Assembly: GCA_034520965.1 (NCBI GenBank) | Contig: JAXHMY010000007.1 | Location: 128,001 to 192,000 of the forward strand | Origin: Spirochaetia bacterium | Lineage (GTDB): Bacteria > Spirochaetota > Spirochaetia > DSM-16054 > Sediminispirochaetaceae | Length of the DNA stretch: 64,000 bases | Reading direction: 5' to 3' | In this document: positions 63,123 to 64,000 of the stretch, piece by piece | Layout: the number at the start of each line of letters is the position of its first letter | Numbering within the stretch: position 1 is the first letter of the stretch | Position numbers and translations under genes: made by a program | Notes under the pieces: model-generated | Database searches by the model: none | Told to the model about the DNA's origin: nothing | The model's input: the letters and a program-made list of their open reading frames with translations, nothing else

Positions 63123-64000
63123 ATGAAGATAAAGCGTTTAATACTTAAAAATTGGAAAAATTTTACGGATGTAGATGTCGGCCTTGCTTCCCGCTCTTTC
63201 ATCGTTGGGCCAAACGCATCGGGAAAGTCGAATCTCCTCGACAGTCTCCGTTTTTTGCATGATATCAGCCGACCGGGAAGGGGTCTTGCAAAGGCCCTTT
63301 CCGACAGAGGCGGGCTTAAGAAAATACGCTCCCTTTCGGCAAGAAAAGAACCACAGGTAGAAATAAAAATCGAACTGGAAGAGGCGGATAAAACAAAGTC
63401 TACTACATGGACATATCATCTAAGTCTTATCAATGAAGTACGTGGAACGCATCGTACGCTCATAGAAAAAGAACGGGTAACGAAGGATGGTGAGATACTC
63501 CTTAACCGCCCCGATAAAGACGATGAAAGTGATTCTCTCCGTCTAACTCAAACCAGCTTGGAACAAATAAATGTAAACAGCGCATTCAGGGAATTGTATA
63601 CGTTCTTTCAAGATATTGGTTACATCCATCTGATCCCGCAGATTATACGACAGCCGGAACTCTTTTTTAATACAAACATAAAAATAGACGATGATTCGTA
63701 CGGATTTCATTTTCTCGAAAGTATCGTGAATGCCTCCCCGCAGAAAAAGAGATCTCGATTAAAAAAAATTGAACAGGCCTTAAAAATTGCGGTTCCACAG
63801 CTTACCGACCTTAGAGAATCAAGAGATGAGAAGGGGGTGCCGCATCTCGAGGCTACGTACGAGCATTGGCGGCCGAATGCGGGGAAGCAGCAGGAAAGAG
63901 AGTTTTCGGACGGAACTATACGGCTTATTGGCCTATTGTGGTCTATTCTCGAAGGTAAATCAGTTATCCTATTAGAGGAACCGGAATTGTCGCTTCACCC
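63123..64000 (+). CDS. AAA_21/SMC-like ATPase, 3' partial
   Basis: Hand translation: MKIKRLILKNWKNF, IVGPNASGKSNLLD, FSDGTIR, ILLEEPELSLH; open to the window end. Confidence 0.88.
   Translation, partial: MKIKRLILKNWKNFTDVDVGLASRSFIVGPNASGKSNLLDSLRFLHDISRPGRGLAKALSDRGGLKKIRSLSARKEPQVEIKIELEEADKTKSTTWTYHLSLINEVRGTHRTLIEKERVTKDGEILLNRPDKDDESDSLRLTQTSLEQINVNSAFRELYTFFQDIGYIHLIPQIIRQPELFFNTNIKIDDDSYGFHFLESIVNASPQKKRSRLKKIEQALKIAVPQLTDLRESRDEKGVPHLEATYEHWRPNAGKQQEREFSDGTIRLIGLLWSILEGKSVILLEEPELSLH

Overview
Bacterial chromosomal window, probably from a free-living spirochaete (Spirochaetaceae-like lipoproteins, HrpB, acidic surface proteins; inference). Many single-base indels, concentrated at 1-2.6 kb and 19-22 kb, suggest an unpolished long-read assembly, so frameshifts are not proof of pseudogenes. 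Three zones: (1) 1-14.2 kb metabolism: PLP enzyme, M20 and M24 hydrolases, TeaABC-like TRAP transporter, HrpB, NikR with a FecCD-type ABC transporter. (2) 14.2-51 kb accessory region cut into 1-4 gene blocks by about 16 same-orientation copies of a hairpin-forming repeat (core CGGATGGGGAGGTTATATAAACTACGGATATAT). It holds four TA pairs, three Rpn nuclease paralogues with intragenic RpnS-like starts, two PrsW proteases, transglutaminase-like proteins, lipoproteins, a SWIM-SNF2 ATPase and a sigma54 module (CARF/RtcR-like activator, WYL-TM-transglutaminase fusion, four sigma54 promoters). (3) 53-64 kb type 1 BREX (brxA, brxB, brxC, half-length pglX) with a nested CBASS (CdnE-like cyclase + Cap15), a PD-(D/E)XK-RAMA-like nuclease, HigA-like remnants and an AAA ATPase running off the end. 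Best novel-system candidates: the repeat-delimited cassette array with Rpn genes, and the sigma54/WYL-transglutaminase module.
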